NCBI GenBank assembly: GCA_045614665.1 | Contig: JAZLDI010000005.1 | Coordinates: forward strand, 3,738 to 67,737 | Direction: 5' to 3' | From: Candidatus Enterousia sp. | Lineage (GTDB): Bacteria > Pseudomonadota > Alphaproteobacteria > Rs-D84 | Length of the DNA: 64,000 bases | Position numbers and translations under genes: made by a program | Shown here: piece after piece, positions 9,080 to 17,655 of the stretch | Position numbering within the stretch: position 1 is the first letter of the stretch | Layout: each line of letters starts with the position of its first letter | Notes under the pieces: generated by a model | What the model was told of the DNA's origin: nothing | What the model saw: the letters and a program-made list of their open reading frames with translations, nothing else | Database searches by the model: none

Positions 9080-9848
9080 ATCGTGTACGTTGAAGAGATA
9101 TGACTTGTGGTCCAAAAGGCTCGCTGGCGGACACTAGTTTGCCTTCGTATTCGAATTTTATGCCGCTTTTTGAATCTTCATGTTTGATTATTTCATAGTT
9201 GTATTGGTTTGCTTGGGCAATGTATAGGAAGCGGCCTCCAACACTTAAGTGAGGTAACAGGCTTGACATAATTTTTAGTTGGTCTTGCCATTTGACCATA
9301 TCGAATATGTTTGATGTGTTGATGATGTCGTATTGTCCTGATATTTGTTCGTGTAAATTGCTTAATGGACTATGGATAAAATTAAAAGGTTGTGTAATTT
9401 GGGATTGCATACGTGTGTATTCGTCGTGTGTTGGCAGGTGTTCAGGGTACATCATACCGCGGTTGAAACTTGCGTATTGGCCATATTTGCGTAAGATTTC
9501 GGCGCTGTCGTGTGGCAGGTGTGGTAATACGCGTTTAATATGTTTGGTGTCAGTGTATGTGCCGCATGGTTTAGTGTTTATATTTTCGATTAATTCGCAA
9601 AATTCGCTATGGTTTAGTATTTTTAATGCGGTTGTTTTAATGTCTTGGATAACATGTGCAAATAATGCGATGTCGTATGTATCGACATGTGTGGCGCCGT
9701 TGATTGCATAAAACATTGCTTGGTCGCCACTGCCGGCAACGGTTAGTATGCGTTTTGCGTCCTGGAAACGAGAGGTTATCCAGCGTTGGTTTTCGTTTGA
9801 TATGGCGTATGCCGGAATTAAGTCTAGGTTCATAATATTATTCTCCAT
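9078..9848 (-). CDS. SAM-dependent methyltransferase-fold protein, DUF3419/BtaA-like
   Basis: Start at ATG 9848 (MENNIMN). ILTVAGSGDQAMFYAINGATHVDTYD (motif I-like) and NIFDMVKWQDQLKIMSSLLPHLSVGGRFLY resemble DUF3419 from memory. Confidence 0.5.
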   Translation of the reverse strand: MENNIMNLDLIPAYAISNENQRWITSRFQDAKRILTVAGSGDQAMFYAINGATHVDTYDIALFAHVIQDIKTTALKILNHSEFCELIENINTKPCGTYTDTKHIKRVLPHLPHDSAEILRKYGQYASFNRGMMYPEHLPTHDEYTRMQSQITQPFNFIHSPLSNLHEQISGQYDIINTSNIFDMVKWQDQLKIMSSLLPHLSVGGRFLYIAQANQYNYEIIKHEDSKSGIKFEYEGKLVSASEPFGPQVISLQRTR

Positions 9849-9977
9849 AACATATGATAATATAGTACAAAAATATAAAATGTCAACAAATATATAAAGT
9901 GTCAAAAGTATATAAATTTTGCGCTTTTAATAAATTCCTTTGGGTGATATAATGAAAAAGATAGAAGGGAAATATCT

Positions 9978-12815
9978 ATGAGAAAAATTGCAATTTTATC
10001 TATGTTAATCGCGGGTTTTATGTCGACATCTGATGCGGCAACGCCGACGCAGCGTCGCGGACGTACAACGGGCGCCACCACAACTAATGCGACCACCACA
10101 TCGGCAAAACCGGTCGCGGCGCGTGCGGCGACGGGTGCGCGAACGGCACCACGTGCGGCGGCACAGGCGACGACGTCAACATCGGCATCGAATACGGTGG
10201 TGCGTGGACGTTCGGCAACGCCAACCGCCACAACGGCCAAGCCCGTTGCGGCACGTGCCGGTACAACACAAAAAGTTATTGGTACCGGAACCAAAGTTTC
10301 GACTGCGGCCAAGAATGTCGTGGTAAGCGAGGAATGTCGCGCCAAGTATGAGGGCTGTATGGACGCGTTCTGTATGCTGGATAATGAAACCGGTGGCAGA
10401 TGTATTTGCAGTGATAAAAATGCTGAGTTTGATGCAATTTTGGCCGAAATTGAAAAATTAGATGAACAGTCTTATAAAATGGCGACCGTCGGTGTAGAAC
10501 GCCTGGAAATGGGTGATGATGCAGAGGCGGCGATGAGTATGGCAAAATCTGTGGCGGATTCTTTGACTGAAGATTCGAGCAAAGCCAATGTGTCAAAACG
10601 TCGTTCGCTGGATTTGTCTATGTGGGATACGGCGGTTGATTTCGACGAAGAAGTGGAAGTGTTTGGTGGTAATGAAGATTCGATTGAGGGGAAAGAGGGT
10701 GATGCTCTTTACGCGGCAGCGGCAAAGCTATGTGCAGCTCAGATTCCGGAATGTGGTGCAGAATTGACCCTAATGAAAACGTTGTATGGTCAAAAAATTC
10801 GTTCGGATTGTGCGGCGTATGAAAATACATTAAAACAACAGAAAAACGCATCGGCTAAGAAGTTGGCTGCTGCTGAGCAGGCGTTGCGCCAGACGGCACT
10901 GGACCAGTATCGCAGTGCGAATAAATATGATCTGGGGCAATGCACGGTAGAATTTAAAAAGTGTATGCAAAGTACTGGTGGCTGTGGTGAAGATTTTGCG
11001 GGGTGTGCATCTGTATCGGCGATGGACTCAACTAATACTCGCAAAAGTACTACACGTGGTGCAAAGGCGTATCAAATCAAGGGTGCATCAACAACTATTG
11101 AGATTTCTGCATCAACATATGACGCATTAGTTGCAAAAAAACCGTTGTGCGAATCGGTTACAAAGTCGTGTGTGAATGTTGCTGGTCAGGTTTGGGATAC
11201 CTTTTTGCGTGAGGTTGCGCCACAGTTAAAGTCAGCAGAACTTATTGCAGAGGATAATGCACGTCAAAATTGTATTGGAACAATTTCTGATTGTTTCCAG
11301 AAAGCGTGTAAAGATACAATCGATCCAAATGATCCGGATGGGTCGTATGATATGTGTTTGTCTCGTCCGGCAACGATGTTGAATTTGTGCAAGGTGCCAT
11401 TGAATGCATGTGGAATTGATGCGACAAATGAAACAACCGCCCAGGCATCTCAGATTTGGGATTTTGTGGTGGCACGTTTGGCGTCTATGCGTGTTGATGC
11501 TTGTACGACCCAGGTCAAGGAATGTATGCAATCCGAAGACAGATGTGGCGCGGATTACGCGGGCTGCGTGGGATTGGATACAGATGCCATTATTCGTATG
11601 TGTCCATATGATAAGTTGACCGGTTGTCAGCAGGTTTATGGTGAAAAAAATATTACCGGTGAACAGGTTTATGACAATATTGCTAATATGATTCAGGGGC
11701 TGATGCTGAATATAGACAATAGTTTGTATTCTGTGTGTCAGAATGCAGTTAATACGGCAATTATTAGTGTTTGTGGCAGTGCCGAAGAATGTAACGCGAT
11801 AAAGGTTGATTCAAACCTGGGGGCGCGTACGTTGAAATTAGAAATCTGTACGGCGGATGGTGAATGTTTTGAAAATATTGATATGATTCCATCTGAATAT
11901 TTGGGCAGTGGTGAAAATAAAGAAAAGAAGTTCAAAAGTAATATTGCGGGAATGTTGCCGTGGAATGATATTGATTTGGTTACGGAAACTGTTGACGATT
12001 CGACTGGTGCGGTTTTGCCAAATGAAAAACAAGACAACGGTATGACTTATTTGTCTTATACTGGGGATGGTGTGTCGAATGATCAATTGGCTGAAATTGC
12101 TAATATTGACAAAGTTATTGCCACGATGGTTTCGCAACTGGAATCAGACGAGAAAGTTAAACAGTGTATCAAGGGGCGCACGGTTCAGGGTATGGTTGTA
12201 AATGATTCCAGAGAAGACCTGAAGGGTGGGGCGCGTTTCCCGCAATTGGCAATGTCTGGGCGTTCTATGATTGCGAATGCGGTATTTGCCGCCGCACGTC
12301 AGAATTATTACAGTCAGTATGATAAACTGGTTGGGCAGGGGTTAAAGGAATTGTCAAAGGTTGCGGCAAAAATTGCTGAGTATGATGCGGTTGATGCTGC
12401 GCATAGCCAGGCCATGGAAGATCAGAAATATGCCGCTGAATCCCAAATTGCTGCTGCAGAGGCACAGAAAGAGGTTGTTGCTGCGGAGATGGAAGCCGAA
12501 AGGGTTAAAAACGAGGCAAAGGAAAAGGCGAACAAGATTAACAAGGATAATTGCTTGGATTCTGTTGGTGATAATCCGACGAAATCTGGGAATACGTCCA
12601 AGCAGGAGTTTTCTGTTAATAAGAAAGGTACGGTTTATGAAGAATGGGTGGAGGCGACATGGAATCCATCGACTAATACCTGTTCGCTTCTTAGAAGACA
12701 TCGTGATTGCAAGGATATCAAGTGTAATAGTGAGTCGTTCTTGTGTAAGCCAAGACGTTGTAAAGATGGTAAATGGGGTGAATGGGTCGAGACGCCTCAG
12801 GAAATCGTATTCTAA
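9978..12815 (+). CDS. Exported Cys-rich protein, paralog family member A (945 aa)
   Basis: Signal peptide, Thr/Ala/Arg-rich tract, CRAKYEGCMDAFCMLDNETGGRCICS module, and motifs GGCGEDFAGC and DRCGADYAGC. Clearly alignable with the 46495 protein. Confidence 0.85.
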   Translation: MRKIAILSMLIAGFMSTSDAATPTQRRGRTTGATTTNATTTSAKPVAARAATGARTAPRAAAQATTSTSASNTVVRGRSATPTATTAKPVAARAGTTQKVIGTGTKVSTAAKNVVVSEECRAKYEGCMDAFCMLDNETGGRCICSDKNAEFDAILAEIEKLDEQSYKMATVGVERLEMGDDAEAAMSMAKSVADSLTEDSSKANVSKRRSLDLSMWDTAVDFDEEVEVFGGNEDSIEGKEGDALYAAAAKLCAAQIPECGAELTLMKTLYGQKIRSDCAAYENTLKQQKNASAKKLAAAEQALRQTALDQYRSANKYDLGQCTVEFKKCMQSTGGCGEDFAGCASVSAMDSTNTRKSTTRGAKAYQIKGASTTIEISASTYDALVAKKPLCESVTKSCVNVAGQVWDTFLREVAPQLKSAELIAEDNARQNCIGTISDCFQKACKDTIDPNDPDGSYDMCLSRPATMLNLCKVPLNACGIDATNETTAQASQIWDFVVARLASMRVDACTTQVKECMQSEDRCGADYAGCVGLDTDAIIRMCPYDKLTGCQQVYGEKNITGEQVYDNIANMIQGLMLNIDNSLYSVCQNAVNTAIISVCGSAEECNAIKVDSNLGARTLKLEICTADGECFENIDMIPSEYLGSGENKEKKFKSNIAGMLPWNDIDLVTETVDDSTGAVLPNEKQDNGMTYLSYTGDGVSNDQLAEIANIDKVIATMVSQLESDEKVKQCIKGRTVQGMVVNDSREDLKGGARFPQLAMSGRSMIANAVFAAARQNYYSQYDKLVGQGLKELSKVAAKIAEYDAVDAAHSQAMEDQKYAAESQIAAAEAQKEVVAAEMEAERVKNEAKEKANKINKDNCLDSVGDNPTKSGNTSKQEFSVNKKGTVYEEWVEATWNPSTNTCSLLRRHRDCKDIKCNSESFLCKPRRCKDGKWGEWVETPQEIVF

Positions 12816-12816
12816 A

Positions 12817-12846
12817 CAAATCCCGCCGAATGGCGGGATTTTTTCT
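12817..12846. terminator. Bidirectional terminator
   Basis: AAATCCCGCC-gaat-GGCGGGATTTTTT. Confidence 0.85.
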
Positions 12847-12848
12847 GA

Positions 12849-13847
12849 TTATTCTGGGATTTCATTTGGGGTTGTAATTATTGTGATTCCCATTGTTTTC
12901 CATTCTTCTCGCATTGTGTCCAGATCCATTATATTTTCAGCGCCCAGATATAATATCGGGGCAAGTTTTCTTTCTTGTGCAATATCTATTAACTGCTTTG
13001 TTGGTGATGTGATTTGTTTGCCGGTTGCAAACCAGAATTCGTCGTCACATACCCAAAAGTCATCGTCAATGTGTGTAGCAATTGCGTGTTTGTCTGTGAT
13101 TATTATGCTGTCTATGATTTCAAATTCTTTGCCTGTGGAATTCAGGTAGTCTGATATGGGGTTCTTGTCTGGTGTGGTAGGGGGATCAAATGTAATGTCT
13201 GTGAATGTGGGGGCGGTTAATTGTTCAAAATCCGGGGTGGTGTAATTGTCATCATTTGTTAGTGTGATGTCAAAGTCCGATGGTAATGGAATTTCGGATA
13301 TTTCGGGTGTGGTTGCGACCTGGGTGATTAAATCGGGTGTTTGAATTACTGGTTGGTTAAATGCAGAGCGTTGTTCCGGGGTAATGTTCATTCGTGCGCG
13401 AATGTACGCCGTGCGTAATTCGGATGGTAGTTCGTCGGGAAAAGTGTCGTTTTCTGATTTGTCGGATGTGGCGGATTTTTCTTCGTCTTTTTCTGTATCG
13501 TTCTGTGGTGGATTGATTAGTGTTGGTTGCATATTATCCCAGATGCTTTTGATAAATGCGGGAATTGGAATGGAAAGAAGCGGCTTCTTGGTGCGTATAA
13601 TTAATGTAGTGCTGGCGATATATAATGGCAATGCCGCCAATACTAATATTCCAAATACAAAACCGGGAAAACCGTGTAGTTCGGCGCGCATCAGGTGTCG
13701 CCAATGCGCAATAGAAAACATATCAAAATCGAACAGGAATCTTAATGTTATCCACATTGTTGCTGTATAGCATAGTGTCCATATAGTGGCGTATTTGTGT
13801 GTCTTTAAAATTTCAAGTATTTTTTTCATTAAATTTATTATAGACAA
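12849..13847 (-). CDS. Membrane protein of unknown function
   Basis: Two N-terminal hydrophobic helices, an acidic/Pro-Thr linker, and a conserved-looking C-terminal domain (FWVCDDEFWFATGKQ...). Confidence 0.65.
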   Translation of the reverse strand: MSIINLMKKILEILKTHKYATIWTLCYTATMWITLRFLFDFDMFSIAHWRHLMRAELHGFPGFVFGILVLAALPLYIASTTLIIRTKKPLLSIPIPAFIKSIWDNMQPTLINPPQNDTEKDEEKSATSDKSENDTFPDELPSELRTAYIRARMNITPEQRSAFNQPVIQTPDLITQVATTPEISEIPLPSDFDITLTNDDNYTTPDFEQLTAPTFTDITFDPPTTPDKNPISDYLNSTGKEFEIIDSIIITDKHAIATHIDDDFWVCDDEFWFATGKQITSPTKQLIDIAQERKLAPILYLGAENIMDLDTMREEWKTMGITIITTPNEIPE

Positions 13848-13945
13848 TGCCGACGATTTGTCAAATGTAATTTTGTCAAAAAGAGCTTTTTTTATGTTGT
13901 TTTTAATGGTATAATTAGAGAGTTAAAATTAACGGGGGGACGGTT

Positions 13946-16051
13946 ATGCGTTGTTTAAATTTAAAGAAGTTTTTTGGTGTATCAGTTGTTGGTGTTGGTA
14001 TTTTTACGTTCGTTGGGATGTGTTATGCGGCATCTAATCCGGGGCGTGCTGCATATGGTCGTGTGTCGGGTGCAACAACTGCGCGTATGCCGTCGATGCC
14101 AACATTGCCGGGTATGGCGGTTGGAAATACAACCCAGAATGTTCCGAGTGTGCCCAGTGTTCCTTCTGTCCCAAATGTTCCAGATACGCCGGATGTCCCA
14201 GATGTGCCAGATACACCAGATGTTCCAGATACGCCGGCCCCAGAATGTCCAGATGGTGGTGTGAAAAACTCAACTTATTCGGTTGAAAATTGTATGAATG
14301 ATGTTTTGCGTTGCGTAAATGGTGGTGCGTTACCGGGTGGTTTGAACGATTTGTTTAACGAAGATTTTCGCAATGCGATTGAAAATGGAATGGGTATTTG
14401 TTCGCTGGCGGTTGATAAGTGTATAAGTGATGTTCGAAAAGATTGTCGTAATGTTTATCGTTCAGCGGCGGATGTATGGATTGACTTTAACTCGCGTCGT
14501 GTTCAGCCTGAATATTACAGTTATGTCCTGCGTAAAACTGGGTTGACGCCGAATCAGGCTGAAAATACATGTCGCTTGTTGGACAAGAATACATATGGTT
14601 CGTCCTTTACGGCGGTGTCGAATGCTGGTAATGTGACCGCAGAATATAATAAAACGGTTGGTGCGTATAATGGTCAGCATGGAAATATCTTGGTTAAAAA
14701 TCAGCCTATGGGTGTAATGGTTAATGATGGTAATCCAGGGGTTGATGGTGCGCGTGGTCATTATGCGCGTTGGGATGCGGCATCGGCGACCTGTTTAGTG
14801 CGTGTGGCGGCATATAATAAAAACGAGCAGATTAAAAACAGTTGGTTGTTTGGTGCGGTTGGTAATGATCAGCCAGCTGAGGTTTGGCAGCCTGTTGGTG
14901 AAACTTTTACCTGTAACAAGGATTTATTTGGTTTTTCTCTTATGAATGATACTAATACCGTTGCAGTTGTTGGCGTTGGTGGTGGAACGTTGTTGGGAGC
15001 GGGGATTGGCGCGGTTGCTGGTCATGGCGATCAACGTTTTGATTGTGCTAATGAAAAACATCGTCAATTATTAGCAGATGAGTTACGTGCTGGGGCAAAT
15101 TCTGGGATACTGGGTGAATATATGTCCGCATCCAATAGAATTTCGGTGGTTGATAAAACTTTTACCGTGGCTCAATGCGAAGATGTTGTAAAACTTTATG
15201 ATACATATCGTCAGCTTAAAACAGCTGTTGATGGGTGTACTGGTCCGCGTACCCAGGTTCAGGTTCAACGTGAATTGTATGCTGTATGTCAAATTGATGC
15301 ATCGGCTGATAAATCAGATGAAGAAGTTTTAAAGGAATGCTTCCAGGGACTGGCAGCGCAGAATTCTGACTTTGAAATGTGCATAAACAATAATGCGACA
15401 TCTGTTGATGCGTGTGTGAAAATGGTTTTGGATTATCAGACGAAAAATGCATCGGCAAATCAGGAACGTTGTACAAAATTCCGTGCGATTAATCAGGCTA
15501 AATTGATGGGCGAAGGGATTTATTGTAATGAAAGTGAAGAATGTCATAGTTATCAGGATTTGGCCGGGGAATTGGCGCGTTTGGGGAATGTCTTTACAGA
15601 TGATATAAGTGATATGATTGAAAAGGGTATCGATGGAAATCGTGGTAAAACAACGGCGATTGGTGCCGCGTCTGGTGCGGCAGCGGGCGGTTTGGCCACG
15701 GCAATCACGGCATTTGTAGAAAAGAATAATATCAGTTGTCGTGTTGGTGATGGACTGGATACGATTGCGTACGGTAAATCGTATTCGTTGGGGAATTTGC
15801 GCGATTTTTATATCAAATGGAATTTGCAATTGCCGGATACGGTTGCGCCTACTGCGCATGTTACAGACTGTCAGTCTTGGAAGGATATGTGTGCGGCGTA
15901 TACGGATTTGAATTTGTGTAAAATGGCTCAATTCAATTATAAGCCGGCGGGTGCGCCGACTATAACGGCAATACCGTCTGCGTGCATCGTGTCGGGCAGT
16001 GTTTGTATCGAGAATTATCCAGTGGCAAAGTCATACGGTGCGTGTGAATAA
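13946..16051 (+). CDS. Exported Cys-rich protein with Pro-rich repeat and glycine-zipper segments (701 aa)
   Basis: Signal peptide. SVPSVPSVPNVPDTPDVPDVPDTPDVPDTP repeat. Segments VGVGGGTLLGAGIGAVAG and IGAASGAAAGGLATAI. Many paired Cys. Confidence 0.8.
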   Translation: MRCLNLKKFFGVSVVGVGIFTFVGMCYAASNPGRAAYGRVSGATTARMPSMPTLPGMAVGNTTQNVPSVPSVPSVPNVPDTPDVPDVPDTPDVPDTPAPECPDGGVKNSTYSVENCMNDVLRCVNGGALPGGLNDLFNEDFRNAIENGMGICSLAVDKCISDVRKDCRNVYRSAADVWIDFNSRRVQPEYYSYVLRKTGLTPNQAENTCRLLDKNTYGSSFTAVSNAGNVTAEYNKTVGAYNGQHGNILVKNQPMGVMVNDGNPGVDGARGHYARWDAASATCLVRVAAYNKNEQIKNSWLFGAVGNDQPAEVWQPVGETFTCNKDLFGFSLMNDTNTVAVVGVGGGTLLGAGIGAVAGHGDQRFDCANEKHRQLLADELRAGANSGILGEYMSASNRISVVDKTFTVAQCEDVVKLYDTYRQLKTAVDGCTGPRTQVQVQRELYAVCQIDASADKSDEEVLKECFQGLAAQNSDFEMCINNNATSVDACVKMVLDYQTKNASANQERCTKFRAINQAKLMGEGIYCNESEECHSYQDLAGELARLGNVFTDDISDMIEKGIDGNRGKTTAIGAASGAAAGGLATAITAFVEKNNISCRVGDGLDTIAYGKSYSLGNLRDFYIKWNLQLPDTVAPTAHVTDCQSWKDMCAAYTDLNLCKMAQFNYKPAGAPTITAIPSACIVSGSVCIENYPVAKSYGACE
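14138..14241 (+). repeat. Coding tandem repeat (9/18-nt periodicity) encoding (S/N/D)(V/T)P units
   Basis: ccagatacgccggatgtc / ccagatgtg / ccagatacaccagatgtt / ccagatacgccg units are visible in the DNA. Confidence 0.8.
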
Positions 16052-16057
16052 GGTGTC

Positions 16058-16088
16058 AAAAAAAACCGGCGTTGCCGGTTTTTTATTT
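16058..16088. terminator. Bidirectional terminator
   Basis: AAAAAACCGGC-gtt-GCCGGTTTTTT. Confidence 0.85.
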
Positions 16089-16637
16089 TGTATATGTATA
16101 TTCTATCTGAGCGTGGCCAGACATTATACGGCGTGTGGTTTTAACCTGGGCCAATGTGTCTAGGACGACGCTGGTACAACCATTGATTACAACGTTGTTT
16201 ACTGTGTTGCTGTTGCCAATTACAACCGTGTTATTGCCCGCGTTGTTGTTGTCGATCTTAACCTGAGTTGATGCAGGTTGTGCAACAGTGGCTTTAGCCG
16301 GTGTTGGTGCGGCTGGTGCCGGTTTAACCGGGGTTGTTGGTTTCTTTTTGACTGGTTGTCTTGTGTTGCATGGGCATCTTTTGTTGCGTGTGGCGTTGCA
16401 TTCGTCCAGGCGTTCATTTACCACATCCAGAGAATCTGTTAATTTGCTATTTTCTTGTAATAAGCTGTCGATTATGTGTGCACTATCGTCAATAATTGTA
16501 ATTTGGATAAGTTTGCTGTCCGCAGAGTTTTCTGTTGAACTGTTTGAATCTTTGCAGCTGGTCAGCATAAGTGCTGCTGTGGCGATTGGCAATGTCAGAC
16601 GTGTTAAAAACCATTTGTTTGATGGCTTGGTTGTCAT
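16083..16637 (-). CDS. Lipoprotein of unknown function
   Basis: Lipobox LTSC after a hydrophobic signal (LPIATAALMLTSC). Pro/Lys-rich tract PVKKKPTTPVKPAPAAPTPAK. Confidence 0.7.
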   Translation of the reverse strand: MTTKPSNKWFLTRLTLPIATAALMLTSCKDSNSSTENSADSKLIQITIIDDSAHIIDSLLQENSKLTDSLDVVNERLDECNATRNKRCPCNTRQPVKKKPTTPVKPAPAAPTPAKATVAQPASTQVKIDNNNAGNNTVVIGNSNTVNNVVINGCTSVVLDTLAQVKTTRRIMSGHAQIEYTYTK

Positions 16638-16726
16638 GATTTTTCCTTTTTTTGTGTTATTGTTTAATGTATAGACAAAAATCTCAACTTTGTCAAGCTA
16701 AAAATGAGATTTGTGTTTTTTTCACT

Positions 16727-16755
16727 TTGCAGGCATATATCTTTTTTGTTATAAT
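16727..16755 (+). promoter_or_regulatory. Strong sigma70-type promoter (TTGCAG-N17-TATAAT with TG extension)
   Basis: TTGCAG at 16727-16732, TGt at 16747-16749 and TATAAT at 16750-16755, 18 nt upstream of ATG 16773. Confidence 0.6.
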
Positions 16756-16772
16756 TTCTTATCAGAGAGAAG

Positions 16773-17639
16773 ATGAGAAAATATATATTATTTTTATTTG
16801 GTGCGATTGTGTTGGTGCCGGCGACTGGGGTTGCGGCATCCTCGTGTTCGCGGGCTAATCTGACACGGTGTTTAGATTCTGTGTGTGCGATAAATGTTTC
16901 GTCTAATCCGGCTGCCCGGTGTCAGTATTGTGGCACGGCCAGTGCGGGCGAAGCGCCGGCGGTTGGTATGCGCAGTGTGTCGGTTGGTGCGTCGGCTAAA
17001 TACAATATTTCGGACAAGGATTTGAAAAAAGCGCCAAAGGATCCGTCTAAGCGGTATTCTTGGGCGGCCGAACAGTGTTTGAAAAAGGTGGCGGGATGCA
17101 CGACCGATGATGTTGCTGATGTGTATGATGTTCTTATAGAGCAATCGTGCAAAGCGGCGGGGATTGCGGCCGAAATGAAGTCTCTTGCGGCGGATGCGGC
17201 GGTGGCGCGTACGTTGTCGTCTTGCTTGTCGGATGTTAAAGTTTGTGTTTTGTCAGATAAACGTTGTGGCGCGGATTTTTCAAATTGTAAATCAGATTCA
17301 GATTTTAATAAATATTTTGCGTCCTGTGGGGTTGATGCGACCGGTTGTGATGAATTTTTGTCGGATATTCGCGGTGATTTAATTGCGTCACGTGATAGTA
17401 TGATTGAGAATGCGGATGCGCTGGTTGATCGAATTGTTGTTGCATATCAAAATGCACGTGAAAAATTATTAGCAGGTGTCAAAGCGCAATGTGCGGATGG
17501 TGGGGCGCGTGATGCGTGTATTGAGACGGTTTGTGCAACAAATATGGTGAACAAGTGTGCGGTTGGATTCGATTCTGAACGTGCGTTGGCAACGCAAATG
17601 TGCAAGTTCTATGATGTTGCGTGTGATACATTGAAATAA
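16773..17639 (+). CDS. Exported Cys-rich protein, small family member (288 aa)
   Basis: Signal peptide. CSRANLTRCLDSVC module and DKRCGADFSNC motif. Confidence 0.8.
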   Translation: MRKYILFLFGAIVLVPATGVAASSCSRANLTRCLDSVCAINVSSNPAARCQYCGTASAGEAPAVGMRSVSVGASAKYNISDKDLKKAPKDPSKRYSWAAEQCLKKVAGCTTDDVADVYDVLIEQSCKAAGIAAEMKSLAADAAVARTLSSCLSDVKVCVLSDKRCGADFSNCKSDSDFNKYFASCGVDATGCDEFLSDIRGDLIASRDSMIENADALVDRIVVAYQNAREKLLAGVKAQCADGGARDACIETVCATNMVNKCAVGFDSERALATQMCKFYDVACDTLK

Positions 17640-17655
17640 AGGCGGGCGGGGCACG

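Noticed and set aside
9902-10345. 147-aa minus-strand ORF, and the 10033-10326 and 10084-10269 ORFs overlapping the 5' end of the 9978 gene.
   Set aside because: These are shadow ORFs created by the locally GC-rich Thr/Ala/Arg-coding tract. They have no SD or promoter, and their composition (Ala/Arg/Val runs) mirrors the real frame.
12361-13149. 262-aa plus-strand ORF spanning the end of member A, the terminator and the convergent membrane-protein gene.
   Set aside because: It runs through a strong bidirectional terminator and overlaps two better-supported genes. The translation is Arg/Leu-rich with no features.
14138-14241. Short tandem DNA repeats that at first glance could suggest a CRISPR-like or VNTR array.
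   Set aside because: The units are 9-18 nt, contiguous without spacers, and in frame inside a CDS (a Pro-rich linker). This is not a CRISPR array.
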